DNA of 63,966 nucleotides, counting the filler, from Reclinomonas americana ATCC 50394 (Eukaryota): the NCBI GenBank assembly GCA_048213135.1. It is 13 parts of 13 records of this genome, joined end to end, with 100 filler letters (N's around TTAATTAATTAA, not from the genome) between each part and the next. Parts side by side here need not be neighbours in the genome. Positions count along the whole stretch, not along the records: positions 42,359 to 49,469 come from AFZH01019308.1; positions 49,570 to 52,446 come from AFZH01019309.1; positions 52,547 to 54,545 come from AFZH01019310.1; positions 54,646 to 57,083 come from AFZH01019311.1; positions 57,184 to 60,230 come from AFZH01019312.1; positions 60,331 to 62,837 come from AFZH01019314.1; 7 more parts are not named here. The stretch is one strand, 5' to 3'. Of this stretch, positions 48,809-60,598 are shown piece after piece (position 1 is the first letter of the stretch; each line of letters opens with the position of its first letter). The notes under the pieces are model-generated. The model made no database searches. It saw nothing but the letters and a program-made list of their open reading frames with translations, and was not told where the DNA came from. The position numbers and the translations under genes are program-made.

Positions 48809-51800
48809 TTATCTTGATGGCGGCTTGGCGACGAGCTGCGACGCGGCCATGGCCTTGTTGAGGCGCATGGTAGCAGTCAGTCGACTCCGCATTCTGCCGA
48901 GGAGAAGTCAGTAACGACGCACCAAGGGCTGACAGACAGTGAACAACGCACTTCTTTTCCAGCATGAGATGCTTGAGGTCCTCGAGTCGTGGCGTGGATT
49001 CTGGCTTGACGCCTTCGACTTTCTCGTACAGTCCCACGCACTGGTCGTGCAGGGAGCGCTCTAGCACCTTGGCCTCGTGGAGAGGGATGGAACGGTCCTC
49101 AATCAGTCGGAACAGGGTCTCGACTGGAACTCGTGACTGCGCCAGTGTCGCTTGCAATCGTTGCACCTCGATCGCTGGCAACTGCAGTGGTGGGGCGGGT
49201 GATTCGTCGCCCCCTCGAGAGGGCGGCGGTTGACTGTGGCTGCGAAGTCCTGCGCGCGACGGCTCTCCTAACCTCCGCGACTCCAACGGTGGCGCCGGAG
49301 ACAGGCGAGTGGGGTCGGGCAAGAACGACGATGACGGCACAGGAGCTGTGCCACGACAAGTTGTGTTGAGGCGAAGCACATCGACACATGCAAACAAACA
49401 ATGTCGTCAACGCAACGAGGCGGGGTGAGCAGGTGCTCCCGTTGCATCTCCACTTCGAGGGCGCGCAGGNNNNNNNNNNNNNNNNNNNNNNNNNNNNNNN
49501 NNNNNNNNNNNNNTTAATTAATTAANNNNNNNNNNNNNNNNNNNNNNNNNNNNNNNNNNNNNNNNNNNNATATGCGAGCAAGCAAGCAAGAGAGTGGAAG
49601 AGGCAGAGGGAGGACGGCAACGCACTCATCCAGGTCAGTTGTCTCGGTCCATGCTGCATTTTTTCGCGTGTGTGCGTGAGCGATATAGGATTAACGGCAG
49701 GCGCGTGCAACCAACAACTACCACGCAACTGTCGACCAGTTCGAAGCTCGTCTCGAAGAACACGTTCCACGGCAATGCCTTGAGCTTGTCGCCCACCGAG
49801 TCACGCACCCACTCGCCGGCCAGCATGCTGGCCACGTCTTTCTTGGTCATACCCGAACACAACTTGCCTAGCACCTTGGTGAAGAAGGTGACGTACTCGT
49901 CGCGCTCGACGGTGCCAGTGGCGTTTGAGTCGCACACTTTCCACCACTGCACGATCAGGAAAATGAGTGGTGCATGAACGTCCAGCCAAAGATGGAAAAA
50001 AGACACGTGCGCGGAGAAGGCAAAAAACCGAACATTCGGTCCGAAAGGATTGTGCGGGGGTGGGGAAGCGTGCCCCCCAGCAGCGACTCACGACAGGGGA
50101 ATGAAGAAGGGAGAGGTGGCGAAAGAGAGGGCACAAAAGGGCAGGTCGCCGCAAAGAGAATCGCACAACGGTCGAAAAGAAGAAAGACTGCGTCATCCAT
50201 TCGCCGCCACGCAACTCTTCTGATGGCCTCCTCCATCTTGCTGTGGTTCTTGACGGCCCGGCGCTTGGCAATGGCCTCGTCGGTATACATGTCGAGATTG
50301 CCTTGCAAGTAGTACGGCACGGGTTGACTGCAATAGGCAGGCAGGCGCCGCAAGGCAGCATAAGTCCGCCGAGGGCAGTAACAAAGTAGGCAGGCAGGAG
50401 ATGTACGCACTCGCCCGACAACTCAAACACAATGTTGGGGTCCTTGACCAGTTGAGCCACGTCGTTGCGCACTGACCGCATGGGAATAAACAGAGGTCAG
50501 CACACGACGCGACCGCAAAAAAAGAAGCTCAACTCGCTTTCCGAAAGGACAGTCATCATGCGTGTCCAAAACACAGTCGGTTTTGCGCACAAGGAAAAAG
50601 GCGTCTTGAATGCCCGCAACCATGCATACGCACGCACACACACACACCCTTTCTCCCCCCGTAGGAATCAATGGAAACCACCATCACGCAAAAGAGAGCG
50701 ATCGACCGAACATGACAGACAAGTGCGGGTCAACCTCCCAGTCTAGCCCACCCCGCACGTGCTCTCCACCCAACGCAACATCGATCGAGCGGCTGCAGTG
50801 CCGGTGGTGCTGGTACTTCACCACTGACGACAGCACGCACGCGTTTCCAGTGGACTTCGCTGGCTTTTGGCTCTGCCGGCAAGTGCATTTTCATCATCAC
50901 GCAAACACGCACACACACACGCACGCACACACACACGTGCAAGCACACGCACCTGCTGACGGCGAGGACGGTAATGGTGGTGATGGTGGTGATGGTGCGG
51001 GACCAACAACAGGAGTCGGACCAATCGTCATTGCAGGAGTCACCGACACGGGCGTCAGCGAGGATCGCCGTTGGTGCGGACTGCCGGCCGACATTGGCGA
51101 CCCCATGCCCGTGACAAACAGCGGCGATGACGGCGACTCGGTCGGCGCACGACTGAACGCAACAGCGGCCGCAGTCGGCGACGAAGGCGGCGACTTGCCG
51201 ACCAGCGACGAGATGGAGCCGACTGACGAGAATCGACGAAACATCTCCTGCATGCGACCCAGCACTTGCCCGCTCGTGGGCAAATCACCAGCCTGCGGAG
51301 GATGTTGCGGCGGTGACAGAGACGAAGACGCGTCGTCTGCGCTCACTGCAGGTTCGCGAACTGAAAATCCCTCCAAAAGCACCTGTATGTTACACACGAA
51401 AAAACCCGAACACTCATGATAACGGCGAAGGTCGATTGGTGTGCACGGCGCAGGCAATCTCACCTTCCAGGCCGGACGCCGTGAGATCATCGATCCACCG
51501 CCGCCCGTAACAGCAGCATTCGGAGGTGACGTAGGCGACGTGGCAGAGACCGTGCTGGTGCGCCTTTGTTGTTGTTGCTGTTGCGATTGTTGCGCTTGTT
51601 GCGCATTTGTAATCAACAATCCACTCATTCGCTTGCCGCCAGTGGCATTCGGTGGTCGACCGAGTCCCGTGACTGAGGTAGGCGTGTCCGTGGCAAAGCT
51701 CGCCACAGAGGACGAGTTGGCAGCCGAGGGCGGGCGCTCCAGTGGACTGAGCAGAACGCGGCCGCCGCCCAACGTCGACAGCGGCTGCGGTGAAGGCAGT

Positions 51801-52024
51801 CGCTGCTGTTGCTGCTGTTGTGACTGACTGCGCGCAGATGAGTTCCCCACAGAGATCGCCGCGGAGTGTGGGCGACTGGAGGGTGGCGGTGTGAGACTCG
51901 GCGACACTCGATCGCCCTCGGCCGCGGCAATCGCAAAGGCGGGATCAACTCCGCCCGCTGCTCCGAGAGCTCCGAGAGTCCGGTCGCCGGAGGATCGGGC
52001 GCTGCCGCCCGCAGCGCGGCGCAT
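48809..52024 (-). CDS. EF-hand-containing protein with long Ser/Pro-rich N-terminus (spans a gap; joining of the two parts is inferred)
   Basis: PYYLQGNLDMYTDEAIAKRR...IRRWWKVCDSNATGTVERDEYVTFF (EF loop)...EWVRD...FFETSFELVDTWTETTD; the 3' part ends AKPPSR*. Confidence 0.65.
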
Positions 52025-52233
52025 TGCGAGAGAGTGAGAGTGTGTTTGTGAGAGTGATTGAAGGCAACCGACCAGCGCGAGCAGGACGAGTTGATTGCAT
52101 TGTCGACTTCGAGTTTTTGAGAGAGAGTGAGGCAGTGATGAGCTCGCTTGCAGCATGTTGCGTCAGCCTCACTCTCTCTGAGTATGTGTGTGTGCGCGCG
52201 AGAGAGGGTTGCTGTTGTCCTCCGAGAGTGGCC

Positions 52234-52546
52234 ATGTCTCGTGCTGTCTCTCGCACTCTGTTGTGCTCCTCTGTGTGCACTCAAGAGAGAGTGCATGTCT
52301 ATGCGCTCCTCTCACTCACTCACTCTCTCGCTCGTCGTGCAGCATTTCGTCAGGCGCAGGAGCAATATCGCGACTTGGAGAACTTGGAGGTGCCGAGTGG
52401 TTCTCCTGAGGTGCGCACACACAGAGAGAGAGAGAGAGAGAGAGACNNNNNNNNNNNNNNNNNNNNNNNNNNNNNNNNNNNNNNNNNNNNTTAATTAATT
52501 AANNNNNNNNNNNNNNNNNNNNNNNNNNNNNNNNNNNNNNNNNNNN

Positions 52547-52592
<46 letters not shown>

Positions 52593-54491
52593 TGAGAGAA
52601 GCTGGATCAGCGCGCGTGCAGGAGAGAGAAGATAGAAGATAGCGCCTTCCGTAACGCCGAGAGAGGTGAGAAAAACAGGAGGCACTATCAGCGCGCGTGC
52701 ATCGCAACACGAAGAGAATGGCGAGCGAGAGAAGCATGCAGGCTCAGTGCACTTGCAGGGGAGAGTGAAGAAGGCGCTCTCTGTAACGCCAAGAGTGGTG
52801 AGAGAAGCATGAAGAAGGATCAGTGCTCGTGCAGGAGAGAAGAAGGCTCGTTCAGTGAGTGGTGAGAGAAACAAGAGGCACGATCAGCACACGCGCAGGA
52901 GCAAGAGAAGCAGGGAGGCGAGGAAAAGGAGTCGTACGAAGCAGAGAGTGGTGTGAGAAAGAGAAGAAGGTTTAATGTAGTGGAGAAGTCGCCCTGTTGG
53001 CAGCGAGATGCATCAGCAGGATTAGAAACGCAGCAAAGGAGGTTGAGAGTGGTGCATGAGACGAGAGGCACGATCAATTGCGAGGAAGCAGAAGAAAGCT
53101 CGTAGGATACCGAGAGTGGCGAGAGAAACAAGAGAGAGAGAGAGAGGGAGAGAGAGAAGGAAAAATCTCGTCATTGGAGATAACGACGATCGAAGCAAGA
53201 ACTAGATTAGCGCTCGAGCGAGGGAGAGAACGCTCGTTTTACGTTGGCGTGCAGTGCTCCCTCCCCTGGCGTGCACATGCTGTTCAGTCGATTGTGGCTC
53301 TTTCTCCCTTTCTCTCTGTGTCTCCCTCATCTGCACGTGCGCTGATCATGCCTCTTGCTCCTCTCTCCCTCTCTCCCTCTCTTGTGCTGATCCTGTTTCA
53401 TGTTTCTTTGTGTCGCAGGCATTCTTCAAAAAGTTCCTGCGACAATGCAAGCAGTACTCACTGATCGACCCGCTGGACATGCGCATGCTCGCACCGTTCT
53501 TCGAGGCCGAGGAGGATGGAGCGTCGTCGAGTGACAGCGGTTTTGAGTTCCGTCGACCGTCGGTGGATGCACAGACGGAGCGTGCGCTGAAGGTGCAGAG
53601 GTACAAGCGCGGGAAGGAACTCGAGGCGCGGATGAAGGAGCTGTCGGAGCGCGTGCGACAGTGGCGGCTACACGAGGGCGAGAGTGTGGAGTCCGACATG
53701 GAGGAGGCGGAGCGGAATTGTGTGATGGAGACGGCCAAGTATTTTGTCAGCAAGTGTGTCGATGAGCTGCCGCTGTTGAGTGACGAAAAGCGGCTATTGC
53801 GGCATCGGCATGAGTCGGTGGAGGTGGGCCGCGATCCGCGAGAACGGTTACCACATGAGCCGCCGGTGAGTGGGAGAGAGGAAAGGGACAAAGGAAAGGG
53901 GGAATGGAGGGAAGGGGACTGTGAGAAAGGGAAAGTGCAGAGTCGGGGACGGGGAGAGATTCACGGCGACGTTCTATCTTGTGAGTGTCTGTCGTTAGAG
54001 GAGAGCGTGAGAATGGCGTGGGGATGAGTACGGTTGCCAGAAACGACATGTGTTTTCGCGTGGGAGGAATGAGTACTTGTTCTGTGCGACTCATCTTCGC
54101 TGCACACAGACACAACCCATCAAGACCTTCACCATCCAGTCTCAGCGCGACGCCATTGTGAAGAGCATGTTTACGCCGAAGAATTTGCCGACCATGACCC
54201 CGGAGGAGTGGGCCGACGAGCAGATTGCCCGCGGTTTGCTGTTGCGTCCCGCTGTAGATGCCGGCGTAGTGCTTCACGATTTTCTTTCTTACATGCCACT
54301 GCAGGTCGTCAGCTGAAGTGGCCGCCAGGGAAGCCGGTGTGCCCTACACGAGAGAAAAGGACGGAGAGGAGGAGGAAGAGGACGAGGAAGGACTGGAGGA
54401 TCCGGATGATGAGACTGAGCTGCGAAAGGCGCGCAAGTGGGACGATTGGAAGGACGAACATCAGCGTGGTGCCGGCAACCGTGGCCGCTAA
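52234..54491 (+). CDS. IGBP1: TAP42/alpha4 (IGBP1) PP2A-associated protein (some exons in the gap; start approximate)
   Basis: FFKKFLRQCKQY, RALKVQRYKRGKEL, PIKTFTI..QRDAIVKSMF..NLPTMTPEEWAD, ELRKARKWDDWKDEHQRGAGNRGR*. Confidence 0.9.
52590..53140 (-). repeat. Degenerate GA-rich minisatellite in a TAP42 intron
   Basis: At least 5 imperfect copies of (g/t)atcagcgcgcgtgcaggagagagaag and of gagagtggtgagagaa. Confidence 0.75.
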
Positions 54492-55576
54492 GGCGCAACA
54501 ATGGCGAGCGTCGTGGTGGTGGTGGTGGTGGTGCATCGAGTGATCNNNNNNNNNNNNNNNNNNNNNNNNNNNNNNNNNNNNNNNNNNNNTTAATTAATTA
54601 ANNNNNNNNNNNNNNNNNNNNNNNNNNNNNNNNNNNNNNNNNNNNGTGAGACAGAGAGGTGCACAATGTGTGTGTGTGTGAGACTCGAAGTCACGTACCT
54701 GCCCTCAAAGCCAAGAGCCAACATCGCTCACGGAATAGAAACAGAGACAGACAGTGTCCTTCCGTCCTGCTTGTGTGTCTGTGTGCCCGCTGAATGACTG
54801 AGCCTTACTGGACAGTGAGTCGAGGTGTGGCGTGTCGATACGGCTGGCAGTGCCGCGAGTGTCGACAGACGATTGCCAAGGTCGGTGGTTGGTTGTCTCA
54901 ATGATCGCAAGTAAACAGTCAAGCTGCTCACATAGTGAATAGGGCGATCCAGTGGTGTCTCGTGATGGTCGCAAGGTGTGGCACATCGCAGTCGGGGAGG
55001 TGTGACCGCGAGTGGTGTTGCTGACTGATGATGATCACACGCAGATCCGATTGTTCTATCACGAAGCGGTTTGTGCACTCTCTCTCTCTCTCTAACTCCC
55101 CCTCTCTCTCACATCCACTCTGTTGCGTTGCTGTCATCGCCGCAGTGCTTCTCGGGCGACGCTGATCCGCGAACACAAGGCAACTCCTCCTTCAACGTGT
55201 GGGAAGGCGTCTCTCGTGAGGCCGCTCCGCCGACCAAGGGCCACGGGAAGTGGTCGACGAGCTACGGGTATCATCCATCGGCGGCGACGATTGTAGGTGC
55301 TTCTTCGCCGTCGTCTTCGTCGTCGACGCGAGTGCGTTCTCGAGCCGGATCAGGGGCGACATCGTCGTCGACCACGACGCCCACGACCACAACGACAACG
55401 AAAGCAACGGCGGTGGCGGCGAGTGGTGGCTCGAGTTCGAGGAGCAGCAGATCTGCGAGTGCGCCGCGATCGCGCAGGTGACGGCGAGGCTCGTGAGTGT
55501 GTTTATATGTACACAACTGGAACAGTGTTTATCGCCGACAAGCAGGCAGTTGTGGCGTACAAGTCAGTGCAAGCGC

Positions 55577-56232
55577 CATCAACAAGCAACAGCTGTCTTG
55601 ATGACCAAGTCCAACCATTTCCAAAACATCAACACAAATACGTTCTTGTGTTTACTAATCTGCGCTGCACAGCGCTGCTGGGCGGACTGCAGTGGTCGGC
55701 AATGTTCTTCTTTTTCTTCATCACATGTGGGGGGTTTGGGGGGTGTTCACCGGGGAGTAACGCAAGCTCGCGCTGCGTATCTCAACCCGGCGAACACCCG
55801 TCGCTCTGGTCGCCTTGCGGCGAAGAATCAAGGTCAAGCTTATGGAAGGTCCTGACTGTGCTAAATCAGCATGGTTGTTGTGTGAGTGTATCGAGTCGAC
55901 ACCGCGGCGGGTCATGCCAGCTCGCCCGGGGAGGAGAGTTGTGGGCTTGCCACTTCTGGACCAATTGCTTCGACCTGTCAAACTGGCGATCGACGACAAT
56001 GGATTTTTGCTGTATCGTCAGACATGGATCTGCATTCCGAGTTGATTCGTGTTTCGTCAGCATGACGGTTGCAACTGGGAGCAGGGTCTTTGTACGCTGC
56101 CGGCCAAAGGTCCGCTGGTTTCGAATTCCAGGACCCGATTCAGTATCAATCAGCTGCAACATTCATCAACAAACAAGTAACAGCTGTCTTGATGACCGAG
56201 TTCAACCATATCCAAAACATCAACACAAACAC
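55577..56232. repeat. Pair of ~65-bp direct repeats (55577-55641 and 56164-56232)
   Basis: aacaagyaacagctgtcttgatgaccragtycaaccatwtccaaaacatcaacacaaa occurs twice, about 590 bp apart. Confidence 0.9.
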
Positions 56233-56636
56233 CGCAGCAGCAGGTTCCTTGGGGGTGTGTGTTCGCATTCGGAGCTCCGATCGCGAACAAGTCGAGAACG
56301 CGATCTGATCGAGAATTCGGAATTCTCGATCAAAGCCGCCCGTGCCCTCTCGTTTGCTGCATTCCACGGCCAGCTCTACTCACCGTCAGCCTGTACTCTG
56401 CGCGCCTCGTGTTCCGCCGACTGGATTTCCAACATTTCCCGCCTGCGAGCATCCCGCCATATTAGGCCATTTGCTCACGCGATCAAAGTGACAACGCGCG
56501 CGCAAGCACCACTGCGTTTGCTCTCGTCTCACGCACGCGCGCGTGCCAGTGTCTCCTCCTCTCGCTCTGTGTCACACACACACACACTCCCTCTCTTTGT
56601 GAGTGAGTGAGAGTGAGTGAGTGCACGTGAGTGGCG

Positions 56637-57009
56637 ATGTCGTCACCACCGCCTCACAACCTGCTGGACAAGCTGGACGATGAGGCGCTGATTGCGGCCT
56701 TTGCTGAGAGCATGCAGCAGCAGTTGTGGGACGAGCGGCGGCGCGCAGCTCGTCGTCGACAAGAGGCCGGTCGCGCCGCCAAGTCACCTCAACAGACGCG
56801 CAAGTCACCCTCGTCGCCCATGACACCATCGCCGACCTCCACTGCCACTGTGACCACTGCGGTTGGCGGTGGTGGTGTTGGTGGCAGTGGAGGAGGAAGC
56901 GCTGCTGTGAAGGCGCGAGTGGGTGAGATGAAAGTGCCAAAGACTCCATCGCCTCCCTCGCCGCCCACCAGTGCCCTGCGCCGTGCTCCGTCACCCGTGG
57001 TTTCGCGTG
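56637..57009 (+). CDS. First exon of a hypothetical protein, possibly the 5' end of the helicase gene
   Basis: MSSPPPHNLLDKLDDEALIAAFAESMQQQLW... ends at a gtgagt donor just before a gap. Confidence 0.55.
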
Positions 57010-57028
57010 GTGAGTGCGCATACACACA

Positions 57029-57083
<55 letters not shown>

Positions 57084-57183
57084 NNNNNNNNNNNNNNNNN
57101 NNNNNNNNNNNNNNNNNNNNNNNNNNNTTAATTAATTAANNNNNNNNNNNNNNNNNNNNNNNNNNNNNNNNNNNNNNNNNNNN

Positions 57184-58108
57184 GGGTCTCACTGTCGCTT
57201 GTGTCTGATCCACTTGATGTGTTGTGCTGCATGCGCAGTGGTGACGGGCCGTCGAGCGGCAATGGCGTCGACAGGTAAGCTCTTGTGCGCATCTCCTTTG
57301 TTTGTCGCACCGTCGCAGCTCACTGTGCGATGTGTCTTGCGTCTCAGTGCATCGAAACCTCTCAAAAAGTATGCTTCTCCCTCATCGTGTTTTTGTTGGG
57401 TTTGCTCACCCCGTTCGCAGTGCGTGGGCGATTCTCGGCAAGCGCCCGCCCACACCCGTCGACAACGGTCGGCTTGCCTCTGGCAAGAAGCGCAGTGTCT
57501 CACCGGCCACAGTCGGAGCATCGCGAAAGAAGGAGGTGCCGATGGACGAGAGTGAAGTGAGCGCGCCGGCGACGAAGCGAGCAAAAAGGTGTGTGTGTGT
57601 GCATGCAAGGTTCTCCTGCTGCCGCATTGCTCCTCTTTGCACTGACTGATGACCATGTCGGGCACTATTGAAGGGCTCCCAAGCAGGCCGACGACGTGGC
57701 CAGCACGTTGCAAAAGTGCGTTCACACCGCTCTTTCATTCGTACATGCTTCGCTCACCCCCCTCCCAGAGACGCAACACCCGCTCGTGGTGCCAAGGCCT
57801 CCAAAAAGTCGGCGAAGCGGTGCGCTGCACACCAATCGCGCTGCTCGTCGCGTTTCGCACTCATCTCCGCCATGCAGAAATACGACGAATTCACCAACCA
57901 CCGCCACCGCAACCACCACCACCCCAGCGAGTGTGAGAAAACGCCGCACTTCCGCCTCGTCGCCGCAGCCACCGCGCTCGACCACGCCCACCGCAAGCGT
58001 AGGACTGGACCTCTCCAAGTTCGGCTTTGCTGCTGGCCGACAAAAAGCACCCGAGCGTCCCATCACCCCACCACCCTCCACCGCCCCTGCGCCGCCACCG
58101 ACGACGGT

Positions 58109-58164
<56 letters not shown>

Positions 58165-60230
58165 TTGCTTCCCCCCTCGCTTCTCTGCTCACTATTCCGG
58201 CGAGAACAGAAACGTCGCAATGCACGTTCGCCGTCGATCGCTGCCGCTGTCAGTCGAAACTCGCCCGTGCGGCCGGTACTGTGACTTGCTCCACCTGGCC
58301 CCACGCCCCACCATTTCACTTTCCCACCCCTGGTGTGTGCACAGACACGACCCCGGCCTCCATCTCCAGCGTCCGACCGTGGACTGTTTGTGGGCATTCA
58401 GAATCGCCGACCTCCCCGCCCACCGGTTGCGCTTGAACGAGTGCTCCTTCCGTTTGCATCCTTTGTTTACGCTCATCCTGCTTCTCCTGCTGCTTTGCAG
58501 TCGCCGGTGCTGCCGATGAAAACAGACGCGATGGGGACGCAGACTGCCGCCGCCTCCGTCACCACCACCACCACTGTGACGACCACCGCCAAGGGTGGTA
58601 CCGCTGCTGCTGCCGCCGCCGCTGCCGCCGCCGCCGCCGCTGCTTCGTCATCGTTGCCAGGCAGCCGTCCAGTCGTTGCTGCGCCCTCGAATCCTGCAGG
58701 TACATGCACCCGTGTTGTTGCTGTGGATGAATATCGTGGACTGAGTACTTGTGTTGCAGAGCCGAGCGGTGTGTGTCCAGCGCTGCCTGCGCTTGACCTC
58801 TGTCTCCCACCTCACTTCTCATCTTTGCTCCTCTGTGCAGTGGATGAATTCGACGATCTTGACGAGTGAGTGCATCATGTTTGTCATCCTCGTCTCTCCC
58901 GTTGCCGTCTCACACGCGCACGTGCGCAGCGACCTCGACTGGCAGCGGGTCGACAGTGTGCTCAGCACACGCGTGCTCTCGCAGGATCGACAGCAAGCAC
59001 CACCACCTCCTCCACCGCCTCCGCCTCCGCCTCCACCACCACCTCCACCTCCACAGCAGCATGCATATTTGGAGCCGTGGGATGTTCGTTCCCCCGTGCA
59101 CGTCTTCCGTGCAACGCACGAGCACTCATCGTGAATGGTGCAATGCGCAGGAGTTGGAAGATGAGGAGTCGCTCACTGCACAAGAGTACGACATGCTGAT
59201 GGCCAGCATTGCGCCACACAACTCGGTCGCCCCGAGCACGCCGTCGCGACACAGTCGCACCTCGGCCAAGGCGAATTCACCTGGACGGCTGTCGGGTGCC
59301 GTCGGTAAGCCGCTGGTGTTTTTCTTGTTTGTGTGTGACACTTTTATCGCTCATCGTGCCTCGCTGCAGTGGAATCACCGTTCTACAAGCGACGCGAGGC
59401 CATGGGTGAGTCGCAGCGTCGATTCTCCGTTTTTTTTGCGAGTCTCCTTTTTCTGAAAAATAGCAACTGGCGTCGACAGGCAACCAGCTCGATGAGCACC
59501 AGTGGCGTGCGGTGCTGGCCCCTCTGGACAAGTCCATGATCATTTTCGCTTGTGCTGGTACGCATATTTCTTCTTTCTTGCAAGATGAGAAGAGATGCTC
59601 ACCACACACTTGATGCTGTGCTGTCAGGCTCTGGCAAAACCAAGACCATGTGTTGGCGCATTGCGCGGATGGTGGACGAGGGCATTGAGCCATCGTCCAT
59701 CCTGGCGGTCACGGTGCGCTCTTTCCATGGCCAGCTTCCTCGTCGGTGCTCACGTTCTCTCACCTATTGCACTTCGCGCATCGCACAGTTCTCCAAAAAG
59801 GCGGCAATGGAGATGCGTGAGCGCATCACTGGCGTGCTGGGCATCAGCAAGACGAACGAGATCAGCATTTACACCTTTCACGCCTTTTGCTTGCGTGTCG
59901 TCATGGCGTACCCAGAGGTTGGTGTGCACAGAACTGCTGCTGACAAGCACGTCTGTGTCTCATGTTGGTGCACAGGAGGCTGGCTTTGATGCAGTCCCCA
60001 CTGTCATCGACCACCAGCGCCAGTTTGACATTGTCAAGGACGTGTTGACGAAGCACGCCATGCTTCGGCAGACCGCCAATCAAAACAGCAGTGCAGACGG
60101 CAAAGCAGATCCGTCGTCGTCGTCGTCGAATGTGGCGACAGGCGTCGGCCACGATCTTCCTCCCCGCTCAGCGGCCGCTCCCGACAGCGAGGGCAAGAAA
60201 ATCGAGATCAAGAATCAGGACGTCGAGAGT
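57184..60230 (+). CDS. UvrD/Rep/PcrA/Srs2-type SF1A DNA helicase, partial, with long disordered N-terminal region
   Basis: From 59464, spliced: QLDEHQWRAV...IIFACAGSGKTKTMCWRIARMV..GIEPSSILAVTFSKKAAMEMRERI...IYTFHAFCLRV (Q, I, Ia, Ib motifs). Upstream exons are Pro/Ser/Ala-rich and their linkage is inferred. Confidence 0.85.
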
Positions 60231-60598
60231 NNNNNNNNNNNNNNNNNNNNNNNNNNNNNNNNNNNNNNNNNNNNTTAATTAATTAANNNNNNNNNNNNNN
60301 NNNNNNNNNNNNNNNNNNNNNNNNNNNNNNCCCTCAGCCGCCAAGCGGCCCGCATCGGCCACTGGTCGGCCAGCGTCGGCGACAGGCGGGCGCGCCCCAC
60401 CGGCGCCTGCCGGTCGCACACCGTCCGCCACCAGGAGATGACACATTTTTGGGAGGTTGTTTTTGACCGTTGAAATCGATTGCTCTCTCGAACATTGTAC
60501 CAATAGACGAGAGAAAGAGAGAAGACACAACCTCGCACACAGACACACACACACTCACGACAACGACAACGACAACGAGTGGGAGATAGAGAGAAAGG

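Noticed and set aside
55297..56610. 437-aa + strand ORF
   Set aside because: No domain signal; it crosses the direct repeats and CT/CA tracts and looks like a chance open frame in GC-rich DNA.
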